Of a stretch of 64,000 nt of DNA, positions 38,732 through 50,901 are shown one piece after another (positions within the stretch are counted from its first letter, which is position 1; each line of letters begins with the position of its first letter). The DNA is taken from positions 79,253 to 143,252 of the forward strand of contig JAUCBJ010004651.1 in NCBI GenBank assembly GCA_032718475.1, given 5' to 3'. Both the position numbers and the translations under genes were made by a program. Source of the stretch: Nemertoderma westbladi (Eukaryota; Animalia; Xenacoelomorpha). Under the pieces are notes generated by a model. The model saw nothing but the letters and a program-made list of their open reading frames with translations. It was not told where the DNA came from and ran no database searches.

Positions 38732-40578
38732 TGTTGGAAGAGACGTACCTAATACACGGAATCCTGCAATATCATACTGTAAAGTCTGTGAATCAAAGCA
38801 TAAATCCAACCTTCTCACCAAAACAGTAAACTCTAAGTAAGCAAATCTATTGCAGTATCGGTCTCTTATAACCGGTGAGGCAGAAGACAGTCTACGAACG
38901 GACAAACTTCGATAAAACAAAATCCCGCGCAGCGAATCCTAAAATCGTGCTGACTCACTGACGGACTAAAGGCGCTCGTATACTTTGCCGCGGTGTGATT
39001 TATATGGGGTGGGTGAGGGTTGCTAGCTAAGGGTCTAACTAGCGGGCAAACTGCAGTAAGGACAAAATTATTTTATATATTTCGAGGTGTAAATAATTCT
39101 TAACGCGTGTGTGTTTTGATTCTAACAGTCGAAATCGGTTTTAGATCCTTCACATATATAATTACTGGGTCCGGTGTACATTTTACAAATATTCTAATTT
39201 TGTAGTTTGTAGGTCCAATACTCACAAATGATAAGGCTCCTTCCCCTTTTGTGTATTTCCAGGACTCAAATTCAGGCATAAGGTTAATACTTCGCCCGGA
39301 ATTCGGCAATTTAATTTACCAGGTCCCTAATACTAAGAAGAAATGTGTTAGTTTATTACAGTAGGCGTACAGTTACGAATATCTAGCCTTTTGGTTGCCT
39401 AGGTGGGCACGGCAACTCCTTATCAGAATGTCGGCGGGGACACGGTAGATGTTAGTATCCCTAATAGCCTTAATTTATATGTGCGCCTAGCAATAAACTG
39501 CCCTACCGCCTGAACGGTACAATCTTAATTCAGGTAAAAGCACAGTAACCTCTCCAAGCCTACAAACTCCAATGCAAACAATGGACACCGTTGTACTACA
39601 AAACAACCAACCAGCGCACCGATACCTGGCAAATGAGTTAGGCGTACAGTTTACTGTACCCTACCAATGTGTATGCCTTGTACTGGTGTGCCTGTGTCCT
39701 ATCTGTGTACTAGTATCTCTCTGCCTGCCCTCCCGTAGGAATGTGAAGGTCTACTGCGGGTTTTTATCTGGATCAAGACAGTACAGTTCCTAAATTTAAT
39801 TTTTAGCGCACAGCGTGTCACTACCTCTACCTTTGATCTCAGGTCTTACACTTAGGTAGCAAGGCATCAAACGCTGTCTAACCTTTCAGGCGATGGGCGA
39901 ATAACTAAGAATGGATATTGCGGGTGGTCTCCTTCCTACATTCCGCCGATGTTCCCGTTTATTGCCACGGCCCGCTGTCTAGCCTGCCATATGTTCCTCA
40001 GTTGGGTTCACAGTGGTGAAGCATGATAAAACAGATGTAACAAATACTTCTAACTTTATTACAAAATAAACGATAAGGGTATATAATGTATAATAGCATA
40101 GATTAAAGTAACGTACTAAACACAATAATCTGAATACTAAATGAACTGAAGAAGTTTTATAAGTGAAGTGAAGATAGTTAACTAATGAACAAATCGCACC
40201 CTTTTATAGCAAATTAGTGCTGCTAACAATCGAGATAAATCTAGATTGTTCTATGAGTTCCATTAGATTTTTAAAGATAATCATTGGTCCAGCAAACGCG
40301 TATCTTGCACGACATTGGTTACTGTCAAATAACTGCAATCACATTGGTTAATCTACCTTAAGCAGATACAATTAAATCGTAGCGGTCAATTCAAATGAGT
40401 TGAAATCTAGCACAAAAAATAATTCGCACCTGCTAGGATTTGAACTCGATACCTACTAAACGATTTTCTAACGCATAACCAACTGAGCTACTGAACCACT
40501 TGAACAATGTTGTACGAATAGCTATAGTAAATGCAAATAAGGACTTAATGTAATCTTTATAACAAATTAATTCCAACA
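38732..40578 (-). repeat. 5' LTR, about 1.85-1.9 kb
   Basis: Begins TGTTGGAA and has the inverse TTCCAACA at 40571-40578; minus-strand TATAAAT at 38998-39004. The part beyond 39490 is inferred because the partner LTR is truncated. Confidence 0.7.
40425..40497 (-). other. tRNA-derived Pol III cassette within the LTR
   Basis: Minus strand: GGTTCAG TAGCTCAGTTGG (A box) ... GAGTTCAAATCC (B box) ... then TTTTTT; acceptor and anticodon stems do not pair. Confidence 0.65.
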
Positions 40579-42139
40579 AAATAAAATTTTGAAAATCCAC
40601 GGCTTTTATGAGGATATAATTCTATACGTTATTTTTACTCTCGATATTTTTTAATCACATTAATTTCCAACACTCATTATTTTTACTCTCGATATTTTTC
40701 AACACTCGATATTTTTACTCTCGATATTTTTCAACACTCGATATTTTTACTCTCAATATTTTTTAACACACTATATTTTTCACCGTTTGGTCGCATCAGG
40801 GGGCAAGGTCGAGCTCGATCGATGAAGCGGTAAAGAATGAGTAGAGGTGACCGGAAGGCTCGTGAGCCTACCGTTAGCATTAAGTACTCAGGATACGGAC
40901 TAGATCAGTAGGACAAACTCTATAGTAGTCAGGAGGACATTTATGTTATATTATTTGAGATTATTATGTTTCGTCTTATTTGAGTTAATTTAATTTGGTG
41001 AATTTATTATGTAATTAAATGATTATTATGTACGTTCTAAGAATATTTGCCTTAAATCATTTATATTATGTGATTGATGAAAGTTTTGTATTTTATGCAC
41101 CCAAATTTAATATTAATTAGATAGTAAAGCTTGTATTTGTTGTATGTTCATAATGAAGGTTTTATATTTACGTATTATTTGGTCTAGCTAATCTTATTCA
41201 CTGTTTGAGTTCTCGCTTAACTAATCTTACGATTATTATTCTTTAGTTAAAGTTTTGTTATTTGTAAAACTTTAGTAATTTGTTTAAAACTGTGTGATTA
41301 CATTAAAAATATGTAACATGTACGTAGCTTTTAGCGTATCTATCTTAAGACAGCCAACGTTAGAAGATGGCTGCCGAAATGCTTAGGCCACAGTAACGCA
41401 ATGGGGAGGAATGCCCGCAACGCATAAGGAACCTACACCATTTGCCTGCGCCCAACTAGACCATGATTCGACAGCTAGAAAGTGCCCATGCCCGAGGTAA
41501 GACTTTGTTCGACGCCTTTGCCCACCGTAAGACCGTAGATCAGGGCGAAGTATGTTGACGTCCTGGGACGCTGTAAAATTTAGGAGTAAAATATCTCAGA
41601 TTCAGACAGGTGCGAGCTGTTTGCTAGTACACGCGAGTACACTAGGTGCAAATAGCATGCTCTATAATTTGGTGACTTTACCGTACTACCGATTCAGTAC
41701 TGGTTAGCGCTGTAGGCTTTGCTGTTGTTTGTAGCTAAAGAATGAAAGCGAAAATAAAAATTCTGGCTCACCCAGCAAGGAGGAGAGAGGTGAAACTATC
41801 TCTGTTTCAAATTTCATGCAATCTCATTACGATTTGTAAAAAATTTTTTTTTTTTTTTGGGGGGGGGGGGGGGGGGGGAGGTACCTGAATAACGACACTA
41901 TATTCCAGGACATGGTGTAACATATTCTAGTAGCTAGCGCCCGGTATAATTATTTTGTTAAAGTCATCAAAACCTACTATTATCACGAAACCCAAAATTT
42001 CGCCTTATCGTAACACACACACACACACACGTGTCTTATGATTCTGTTTTCTGTTCTACTGATATTATACCCTTTTGACTGTCTTTTCTGTTGGCAGTAG
42101 TGTTTTACGCTAGTGTTTGGCTGACTCACTGGCTCGTAT

Positions 42140-42290
42140 TATACCCATATAAATCACAACGCGGCAAGTCTACAGTAGTTTTGGTCCATTAGCGGTAGTT
42201 AGGATTCGCTACGCGGGGATTGTTTTCTCGTGAGTTTGGTCTGTTTCTGTAGACTGTACATATGCCTCACCGGTTAGGGACTGGTCACCC
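42140..42290 (+). mobile_element. Diverged LTR fragment related to the BEL LTR, opposite orientation
   Basis: CCCATATAAATCACA.CGCGGCAA...TTAGGATTCGCT.CGCGGG.ATT...GTAGACTGT...TGCCTCACCGGTTA matches the reverse complement of ~38870-39008. Confidence 0.65.
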
Positions 42291-42454
42291 TGATTATCAA
42301 GTTAGCCCGGGCAATTGATTCGCCCAAGTTTAGTGGAAGACATCAGGCAACGATCTCGCCGCCAGTAGTAGTTTGTGTACTTTGGTATCTATTATTTAGG
42401 CCCGATTGTTGGGATTTTACAGTAGATATTGTACAACAGTTACTGGACTTTACA

Positions 42455-45253
42455 GTAGGGGTAGCAGAGAGGAGTTGGTACACATAGAGGGTGTAGGGAT
42501 ACCAGAGAGGAGTCGGTACACATAGAGATTGTAGGGATAGAAGAGTGGAGTTGGGACATAGAGGGTGTAGGGATAGCAGAGAGGAGTTGGTACATAGAGA
42601 TTGTAGGGATAGAAGAGTGGAGTTGGGACATAGAGGGTGTAGGGATAGCAGAGAGGAGTTGGTACATAGAGATTGTAGGGATAGAAGAGTGGAGTTGGGA
42701 CATAGAGAGTGACTACGGGATACCAGAGAGGAGTTGGTACATAGAGAGGGTAGGGATAGCAGAGAGGAGTTGGTACATAGAGATTGTAGGGATAGAAGAG
42801 TGGAGTTGGGACATAGAGAGTGACTACGGGATACCAGAGAGGAGTTGGTACATAGAGATTGTAGGGATAGAAGAGTGGAGTTGGGACATAGAGAGTGACT
42901 ACGGGATACCAGAGAGGAGTTAGTACACATAGAGGATGTAGGGATAGCAGAGAGGAGTTGGGACATGGAGGGTGTAGGGATAGCAGAGAGGAGTTGGGAC
43001 ATAGAGGGTGTAGGGATAACAGAGAGGAGTTGGTACACATAGCGGGTGTAGGGATAGCAGAGAGGAGTTGGGACATAGAGGGTGTAAGGATACCAGAGAG
43101 GAGTTGGGACATAGAGGGTGTAAGGATAGCAGAGAGGAGTTGGGACATAGAGGGTGTAGGGATAACAGAGATGAGTTGGTACACATTGTGGGTGTAGGGA
43201 TAGCAGAGAGGAGTTGGGACATGGAGGGTGTAGGGATAGCAGAGAGGAGTTGGGACATAGAGGGTGTAGGGATAACAGAGAGGAGTTGGTACACATAGCG
43301 GGTGTAGGGATAGCAGAGAGGAGTTGGGACATAGAGGGTGTAAGGATACCAGAGAGGAGTTGGGACATAGAGGGTGTAAGGATAGCAGAGAGGAGTTGGT
43401 ACACATTGCGGGTGTAGGGATAGCAGAGAGGAGTTGGGACATAGCGGGTGTAGGGATAGGAGAGAGGAGTTGGTACATAGAGAGGGTAGGGATAGCAGAG
43501 AGGAGTTGGTACACATAGAGTGTGTAAGGATACCAAAGAGGAGTTGGGACATAGAGATTGTAGGGATACCAGAGAGGAGTTAGTACACATAGAGGGTGTA
43601 AGGATAGCAGAGAGGAGTTGGTACACATAGCGGGTGTAGGGATAGCAGAGAGGAGTTGGGACATAGAGGGTGTAGGGATAGCAGAGAGGAGTTGGGACAT
43701 AGAGGGTGTAAGGATAGCAGAGAGGAGTTGGTACACATTGTGGGTGTAGGGATAGCAGAGAGGAGTTGGGACATAGAGGGTGTAGGGATAGCAGAGAGGA
43801 GTTGGGACATAGAGGGTGTAAGGATAGCAGAGCGGAGTTGGTACACATTGCGAGTGTAGGGATAGCAGAGAGGAGTTGGGACATAGCGGGTGTAGGGATA
43901 GGAGAGAGGAGTTGGTACATAGAGAGGGTAGGGATAGCAGAGAGGAGTTGGTACACGTAGAGGGTTTGGGGATACCAGAGAGGAGTTGGGACATAGAGGG
44001 TGTAGGGATACCATAGAGGAGTTGGGACATAGAGGGTGTAGGGATAGCAGAGAGGAGTTGGGACATAGGGAGGGTAGGGATAGCAGAGAGGAGTTGGTAC
44101 ACGTAGATGGTATAGGGATACCAGAGAGGAGTCGGTACACATAGAGATTGTAGGGATAGAAGAGTGGAGTTGGTACATATAGAGGGTGTAGGGATAGCAG
44201 AGAGGGGTTGGGACATAGAGGGTGTAAGGATAGCAGAGAGGAGTTGGTACACGTAGATGGTGTAGGGATACCAGAGAGGAGTCGGTACACATAGAGATTG
44301 TAGGGATAGAAGAGTGGAGTTGGTACATATAGAGGGTGTAGGGATAGCAGAGAGGGGTTGGGACATAGAGGGTGTAAGGATAGCAGAGAGGAGTTGGTAC
44401 ACGTAGATGGTGTAGGGATACCAGAGAGGAGTTGGGACATAGAGGGTGTAAGGATAGCAGAGAGGAGTTGGTACACGTAGATGGTGTAGGGATACCAGAG
44501 AGGAGTCGGTACACATAGAGATTGTAGGGATAGAAGAGTGGAGTTGGTACACATAGAGGGTGTAGGGATACCAGAGAGGAGTCGGTACACATAGAGATTG
44601 TAGGGATAGAAGAGTGGAGTTGGTACATATAGAGGGTGTAGGGATAGCAGAGAGGAGTTGGTACACATAGAGGGTGAAGGGATAGCATAGTGGAGTGGGA
44701 CATAGAGAGGGTAGGGATAGCAGAGAGGAGTTGGTACACATAGAGGGTGAAGGGATAGCATAGTGGAGTGGGACATAGAGAGGGTAGGGATAGCAGAGAG
44801 GAGTTGGTACACATAGAGGGTGAAGGGATAGCATAGTGGAGTGGGACATAGAGAGGGTAGGGATAGCAGAGAGGAGTTGGTACACATAGAGGGTGAAGGG
44901 ATAGCATAGTGGAGTGGGACATAGAGAGGGTAGGGATAGCAGAGAGGACTTGGTACACATAGAGGGTGAAGGGATAGCATAGTGGAGTGGGACATAGAGA
45001 GGGTAGGGATAGCAGAGAGGAGTTGGTACATAGAGATTGTAGGGATAGAAGAGTGGAGTTGGTACATATAGAGGGTGTAGGGATAGCAGAGAGGAGTTGG
45101 GACATATAGGGTGTAGGGATAGCAGAGAGGAGTTGGTACACGTAGATGGTGTAGGGATACCAGAGAGGAGTTGGGACATATAGGGTGTAGGGATAGCAGA
45201 GAGGAGTTGGTACACGTAGATGGTGTAGGGATACCAAAGAGGAGTTGGGACAT
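42455..45253. repeat. 2.8-kb purine-rich minisatellite, ~36/38-bp units (GGGATAGCAGAGAGGAGTTGG[GA/TACA]CATAGAGGGTGTA)
   Basis: Read directly; source of the 1001/921/557-aa ORFs. Confidence 0.96.
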
Positions 45254-46342
45254 TGCCGGTTAGCAGTATGCATTGAGTCTACATAATCATACTCGCAGCA
45301 GATACAAGGTCTCGTATCACAATTTAAACCCAAATTAACAGATGGCAATTACATTAAATGTGCTAACAGCCAAATGGTATGAAACTTTGCACCAATCATG
45401 TATTTACAAATCATTTGCAAAGCTTCGTTTAGCACTTTAACATCAAAAGTTAGTTCTAGATGTAGCTATAGCCGTTAAGAGTTTCTACAAACATTATTAC
45501 TCAACTATTATGATACATCTGCTGTAAAGAACCAAACATTGTTACACAACTATATTACACATCTGCATTAAATAACAAACTAACAGTGCGGTTCTCCCCA
45601 AGACACTCCACAGCTAAAAGAGCTGCCAGAGTTATAAGTAGAATAGTTGCTTTTAACATAGTAGAGTTGTTACGGTAAACGAATGACTTTTCGCAAGTGA
45701 AAACTACAATCTTTGGTGAACAGTGAGTGAATTTAAAATATTAAATTAAATTAAATATTAAACAAAATGATAGGCAACTTATTAGACACTAGGAACAGGC
45801 TGCTGCATAATGGATACAAAAGTAGCTCAATGTTATTAAATGGGACAATCTATATGAATAAATAATTGGTGTATTTTATAATATAAAGTAAGGCACTGAT
45901 AGCTCAACAGGTACTTTCCTACTAAAAAGTGTGTAATAGGTACCAGCGAACCAGCTGTTACTTCATAGTCTATGGATAGAGGTTATGGACAAGTAGAAAG
46001 AGCAAACCATATGAATTGTTGAAATATCTACTTCATCAGTCACGCAAACAGTAGCAGCAAGAGAGTGCAATATGACTAATATATATACTATACTACCAGG
46101 TTAAGCGAACTCGGATAGTGGAAATGAAAATCATTCCAGGCTTCTCATTATGATCCACTACTGTCACAAGTTTCATTTCATTCATATCTATCTATGATAC
46201 CCACAAATAAACTCAAATAAGCAATTCGTTTTGTGTTTGAACAAAATGAAACTGAATGATACATCACTGTACACGTAAAAGCAATTAAGTAAAACTATCT
46301 ATCAATTCAATATTAACTTAATGTGTAATGCAAAGTACCAAT

Positions 46343-46468
46343 AAATGGGTGTCGACGCCACCGACAGCCGACAAGAGATCCGTTAAATGGGTGTCGACGC
46401 CACCGACAGCCGACAGGAGATCCGTTAAATGGGTGTCGACGCCACCGATAGCCGACAGGAGATCCGTT
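46343..46468. repeat. 42-bp tandem repeat, 3 copies (AAATGGGTGTCGACGCCACCGACAGCCGACAGGAGATCCGTT)
   Basis: Read directly. Confidence 0.9.
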
Positions 46469-46957
46469 ATTTATTGGGAATTCCCATTAACGGGAATAAC
46501 CGTTTATAGAACGGGAATTGACTACTGGACCGCAAGAAAAAAAGGATCTAAAAGCGATAAATTTCGAGAATTATGGCAAAAAGTACTATAATCTTTCAGA
46601 TTTCATTTTGAAACAGTATTAGTTGCAGCATATCCTATTTCTAACAGCGGAACTACCGGCCTAACGTACGTTTAGAGTGAAACAGGAGGGAAGTACAAAT
46701 AAATATATATTCAGCTCGAGTATTAATTGCTGATAAGTGATATTATTATTTAAATAAATTGGAGTTCAGCTGTTAATGCACTACAACTGTAAACTAGGCA
46801 TCGCATAGCAAAGCAACATACCCGGTTGATTTGATTGCTAATCGTCTGAATGTTCACATACAGACTCCGACCTCTCTGACTTATAATTCTAACTAAATTA
46901 ACTGTATTAATGAAACATACTGTAATAAATACGAAAGGATATAATCTATATGACGGA

Positions 46958-47063
46958 TAATCTAATATAATATATATAATATATAATATATATAATATAT
47001 ATATATATTATATATATAATATATATAATATAATATATAATATAATCTATATATATCTATATA
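46958..47063. repeat. (TA)n-type low-complexity tract
   Basis: Read directly. Confidence 0.85.
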
Positions 47064-48638
47064 CAGAGCCTGGCACTTTTTCTCAGCTGGTTTTTCCGAT
47101 AGGTTACGTAACTCTTTACACTTTACGGTTCTCTACACGCAGCTACGTTGTTGACTTCACCAAATGAGTATGCTAGTTAGAATGTGGCAACTACGCACGC
47201 ATGGAACTGAAATGGCGCAATGGTAGTGCGATAGAAAATTATCAGATAAAATGTTTCAGTTTGAAACAACCCCCCCCCCCCCCCTCCCAACCCCCATACT
47301 AATAATTTACTAGATAATAATAACAATAACACACAATAATATTTAATAATGGCCAGTCACTCTTTTCGTAACTGTAGTTAACGCATATAATTTGCAGAAA
47401 TACAATATATTTTCATAACAATTTGGTCCCATACAGAAAATTCGAACAGAGTGCCTCACATAATAAAAATGCCCCGACTATTAATTGTCACCAACTTTCT
47501 TAAATATTCTAAATTAAAATTTTAGGATAAAATATTTCACAAACAATTAAATAAACCCATTTGATATATATGCATATATTATTATCATTAACTAAATAAC
47601 GAATTAAATTAATTAATATTTATAATATCTACATAATATGTTAATATTATTATATTATATTCAAAACTAAAACATAAGCACTATATTTATTGCCAAACAG
47701 AGCACGGTAACTGTATCTACTCAAATAACTTAATAAATTGGTGTTTAAGTTGATATTTTAGATTCAATCTTTATATTTTAGATTCAATCTTTATATTTTA
47801 GATTCAATATATATTTTATATGATTTTTAAACTGTACCAGAATAGTCTGGCACTCCCAATGAGTATTACTATACCACGGTTATACCATGGCTATAAAAAT
47901 ACCTAAAAATAAAAGGTATCGGGGGGCCTCAAGCAGCACAATTTTAATTTAATTAATTCATATTTTATTTATACAATTTTTACATTAAAGTTATATTCTC
48001 AGTCGAACACAAAGGATCTACATTTTTTTTGTACAAATGATACAATAAATTCACTGTGCGACGGAGCTTATGCGGTGAGAGTTACATGACACTTTACGAA
48101 AAAAAAAATCGTCCCGATATGTTTTCCTACTGGAAATCTATTATAAGCTCTACACTATCCCAGTACATCCATCCGTAACCCAAAGAAAGCAACAACGTCT
48201 GCGAGACAAAGAAATAAAATAGTACAATTAATATATTGAACACTACAGAGTGCAGCTGCAACAAACTACTCTAATACCGGTATATATATTTAGTATCAGT
48301 ACGAAAGCACACCAACACCCATATGAATCTCGGGGGCACCACATGGAGGAATTGATACAAAAAGTATTCGGGGACAAATAAAAAATGATTTTAATTTTAT
48401 AACAAATTGATAAAACAACTTTTCATGCAAACGAAACAAGAAACGCGTCAGTAAAACTGGTTCAACTGCGAAAACAAAGACGCTTAAAAAGTTACAACAT
48501 CTTATTCAGAGTTAAAAATATGTTACCATATTATATACAACAAAAATGAAAAATGGGCACACGCTGTTGTAATTCAGATACCAGTAAATAAAATCATGAG
48601 GTATTCATTCTTATAGACGAACCTCGTTGTCTAACTGT

Positions 48639-49841
48639 CTAGTATTTGGGTGGCGTACCATGGTGGCCCCCACGGCTCGCTACGTAGACAGTGGTTGGTA
48701 TAGGTTGGCGCTGACCGCTGGAAGCCCCACCCCTCGGTAAACCAGTCTCTGGGGGGCCCGTGAACCTTACACCTATATTCCTAGGGCCAGAATGTCCCAT
48801 GGACTTCAAAATGGGGGATGTCCCAGCGTGACTCTGCGCTAACTGGTCCCAAGCTGTAGTCGTAGCTCTAGCAGGGACTGCGACATGTCCCACACTCGCG
48901 GGACCAACTCCCTGAAACAAACACGACTCTATCTGTTCGTTGGTGTAGACGGTCCTACTGGGTAGCCAGGAGGTGGGGGGATGGGGCGGGGCCCCCATGG
49001 TGGAAGGGGGGAACCGGGGGGCCAGACCCGCGAACGTTAGCCCCCTGGGGTTGGGGAACCCGGGCTGGGTGCCCCCCACTGGCGGGTTAAACCTCGGCTG
49101 GGATACCCCCGATGGGTTATGTTTCGAGGGTTCGAGCCCACCTCCCCGCCCTTCCCGGTGATGCTCTTGCACCCGCTGTTGTTCCCCGTACTGCTCGCTG
49201 ATTGACCGTTGTCGTTTGCCCCCTCTCCCCCGCACGCTGATCTGCCCCATGAGAGACGCGAGTTCGTCTGTAGGATTAGCAGTTGCCAGCAACCTCGGTA
49301 CGTCGCTGTCACTACGTTTTCGCATCTGGATATTGTGACGCCGGCGATGAGATTTACTCGCGCTACCTTGTTTACTATCGTTACCTTGGTTACTCGCGCT
49401 ACCTTGTTTACCAACGTTACCTTGGTTACCCGCGATACCTTGTTTACTTGTGTTACCTTGGTTACTAGCAGTACTACTCCGGTTGCCTCGGTTACTCCGT
49501 GTTACAGTCATAGATTGTTGGGGCGAGCCGTGCGTTTGAGTGTAGGACGTCGGGATTGCCGTCTGACCGCCGCCTGGGGGCGCTGCGACACGCTGCCCCG
49601 GCGGGATGAACTCCGGTTTCTTGGCGGCTCCGCCAGGGGGCGCTGCGGACCACTCGTTCTGCCCCCGTTTGTCACGGTTTTGGCCCCTCCCTTTCCCCCT
49701 CTTTCTGCCCCCCTCGTCCGCCCGGTTGCCCCCCTCCTTGCCCCCTGGATCAGCTCCCGTCCGGTTCTGATCCGCTCTCGGACACTCCCTGGCAACGTGT
49801 CCGATGTGTCCGCAAACTCGGCAGCACCGGTCCGACGGTAC
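48639..49841 (-). CDS. TUT4/7: TUT4/7 terminal uridylyltransferase, last coding exon (zinc knuckle plus low-complexity tail)
   Basis: Acceptor tattattacag|GTA at 49841 gives VPSDRCCRVCGHIGHVARECP (cf. TUT4 PNDRCCRVCGKIGHYMKDCP); in frame with the 49511-48639 ORF to the TAG. Confidence 0.85.
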   Translation of the reverse strand, partial: VPSDRCCRVCGHIGHVARECPRADQNRTGADPGGKEGGNRADEGGRKRGKGRGQNRDKRGQNEWSAAPPGGAAKKPEFIPPGQRVAAPPGGGQTAIPTSYTQTHGSPQQSMTVTRSNRGNRSSTASNQGNTSKQGIAGNQGNVGKQGSASNQGNDSKQGSASKSHRRRHNIQMRKRSDSDVPRLLATANPTDELASLMGQISVRGRGGKRQRSISEQYGEQQRVQEHHREGRGGGLEPSKHNPSGVSQPRFNPPVGGTQPGFPNPRGLTFAGLAPRFPPSTMGAPPHPPTSWLPSRTVYTNEQIESCLFQGVGPASVGHVAVPARATTTAWDQLAQSHAGTSPILKSMGHSGPRNIGVRFTGPPETGLPRGGASSGQRQPIPTTVYVASRGGHHGTPPKY

Positions 49842-50499
49842 CTGTAATAATAATTATATCGCTCACTCAATCATAGATACTTACATGTAACTGAACAGAT
49901 ACGATAACTCAATAATGCAGATATGGGGGATAATTCGACGCGTTTGGGTTAGAATAACGTGCCACTGTAACCTGCTCCTTTCCCTAAATTGATAATTTCA
50001 CATTGAGACGAGATATTATTTCGCCGAGATGGAATTTCCCCCCAACCATGTCTCCAATAGGCGATTATTGATTCATTTAAAATGTGACTGACGGAAATTC
50101 GAATTACTTAAAAATACATCTTTGAGTTGAGATCCCCCATGTGGATCACAAAAAAAAGTTACTTTACATAAAGCTACAAGCGTTAAAAAAAGTGTCTCCG
50201 GGTACCTCCGGAGAATCGGTGTACGCCTCCGGTGTAAAAATTATTAGTTAGTAAAAATTATTTACTTGGTACCTTAAAAAACACTATAAAATAGCTATAT
50301 ATACCACATAATCCTATATTCTAGAATAATACAATCGTAAAAAGTGCAAAAGCTACTGTAAAAATCTTCAAAATGTTGGCCACGAGCTTCATAAGTACCA
50401 AATTAGGATATCTAAACCATTTTCATTGGTGATATGGATGTTAATTTTTGATGTTAAGTGTGACCCTTTTTAAATTGACAGTCGGAGAGACATTATTAC

Positions 50500-50901
50500 C
50501 TGTTTGCCGTCCGTCAACCAGAACTTATCCAGGAAGAAGAACTCCGCGTTCTTCCCTATAGCGTTATCGCGTTGGCTGGACACACCGAATCGGTGTCGCG
50601 CGTTCACGAACACCGTGCGGATGTACAAGGACATCGCCTTGGAGAGACCGCCCCCGAGGTTGTGGTTCAGATCGAAGGGGTCCTCGATGGCCATGGCCTT
50701 GCCGGTCCATCGTTTCTCGAAGCAGGTGAGCGGCTCCCCTCTGCGGACCGTGACCACGTCGTAGGGGAACCGGTAGCGGGAGTAGTAGTCCATCATGGCG
50801 ACCCAGAGTTCGGTGACGGGTTCGCGGTTACGGGGGCTGAAGGATTCCGCGATCAGATTAAAGTCTTCCGCGAAGTAAACGTTCCAACCGTCGACGAGAA
50901 T
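50500..50901 (-). CDS. TUT4/7: TUT4/7 exon (PAP-associated/nucleotide-recognition region)
   Basis: ILVDGWNVYF...KRWTGKAMAIEDPFDLNHNLGGGLS (TUTase NRM with the uracil-specifying His); ag|ATT at 50901 and CAG|gt at 50500, 402 nt, phase 0/0. Confidence 0.92.

Larger units (their letters stand above)
31150..40626 (-). mobile_element. BEL/Pao LTR retrotransposon, internally deleted (no integrase) and frameshifted
   Basis: Direct repeats 31150-31925 and 38732-39490, both starting TGTTGGAAG. Gag-pol on the minus strand. Candidate TSD CGTTA at 31145-31149 and 40627-40631. Alternative right end at 40578 (TTCCAACA). Confidence 0.9.

Noticed and set aside
40425-40497. Functional tRNA gene
   Set aside because: A and B boxes are present, but the acceptor and anticodon stems do not pair.
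42343-45348. 1001-, 921- and 557-aa ORFs
   Set aside because: They are translations of the 36/38-bp satellite in all three frames, with no domain or splice context.
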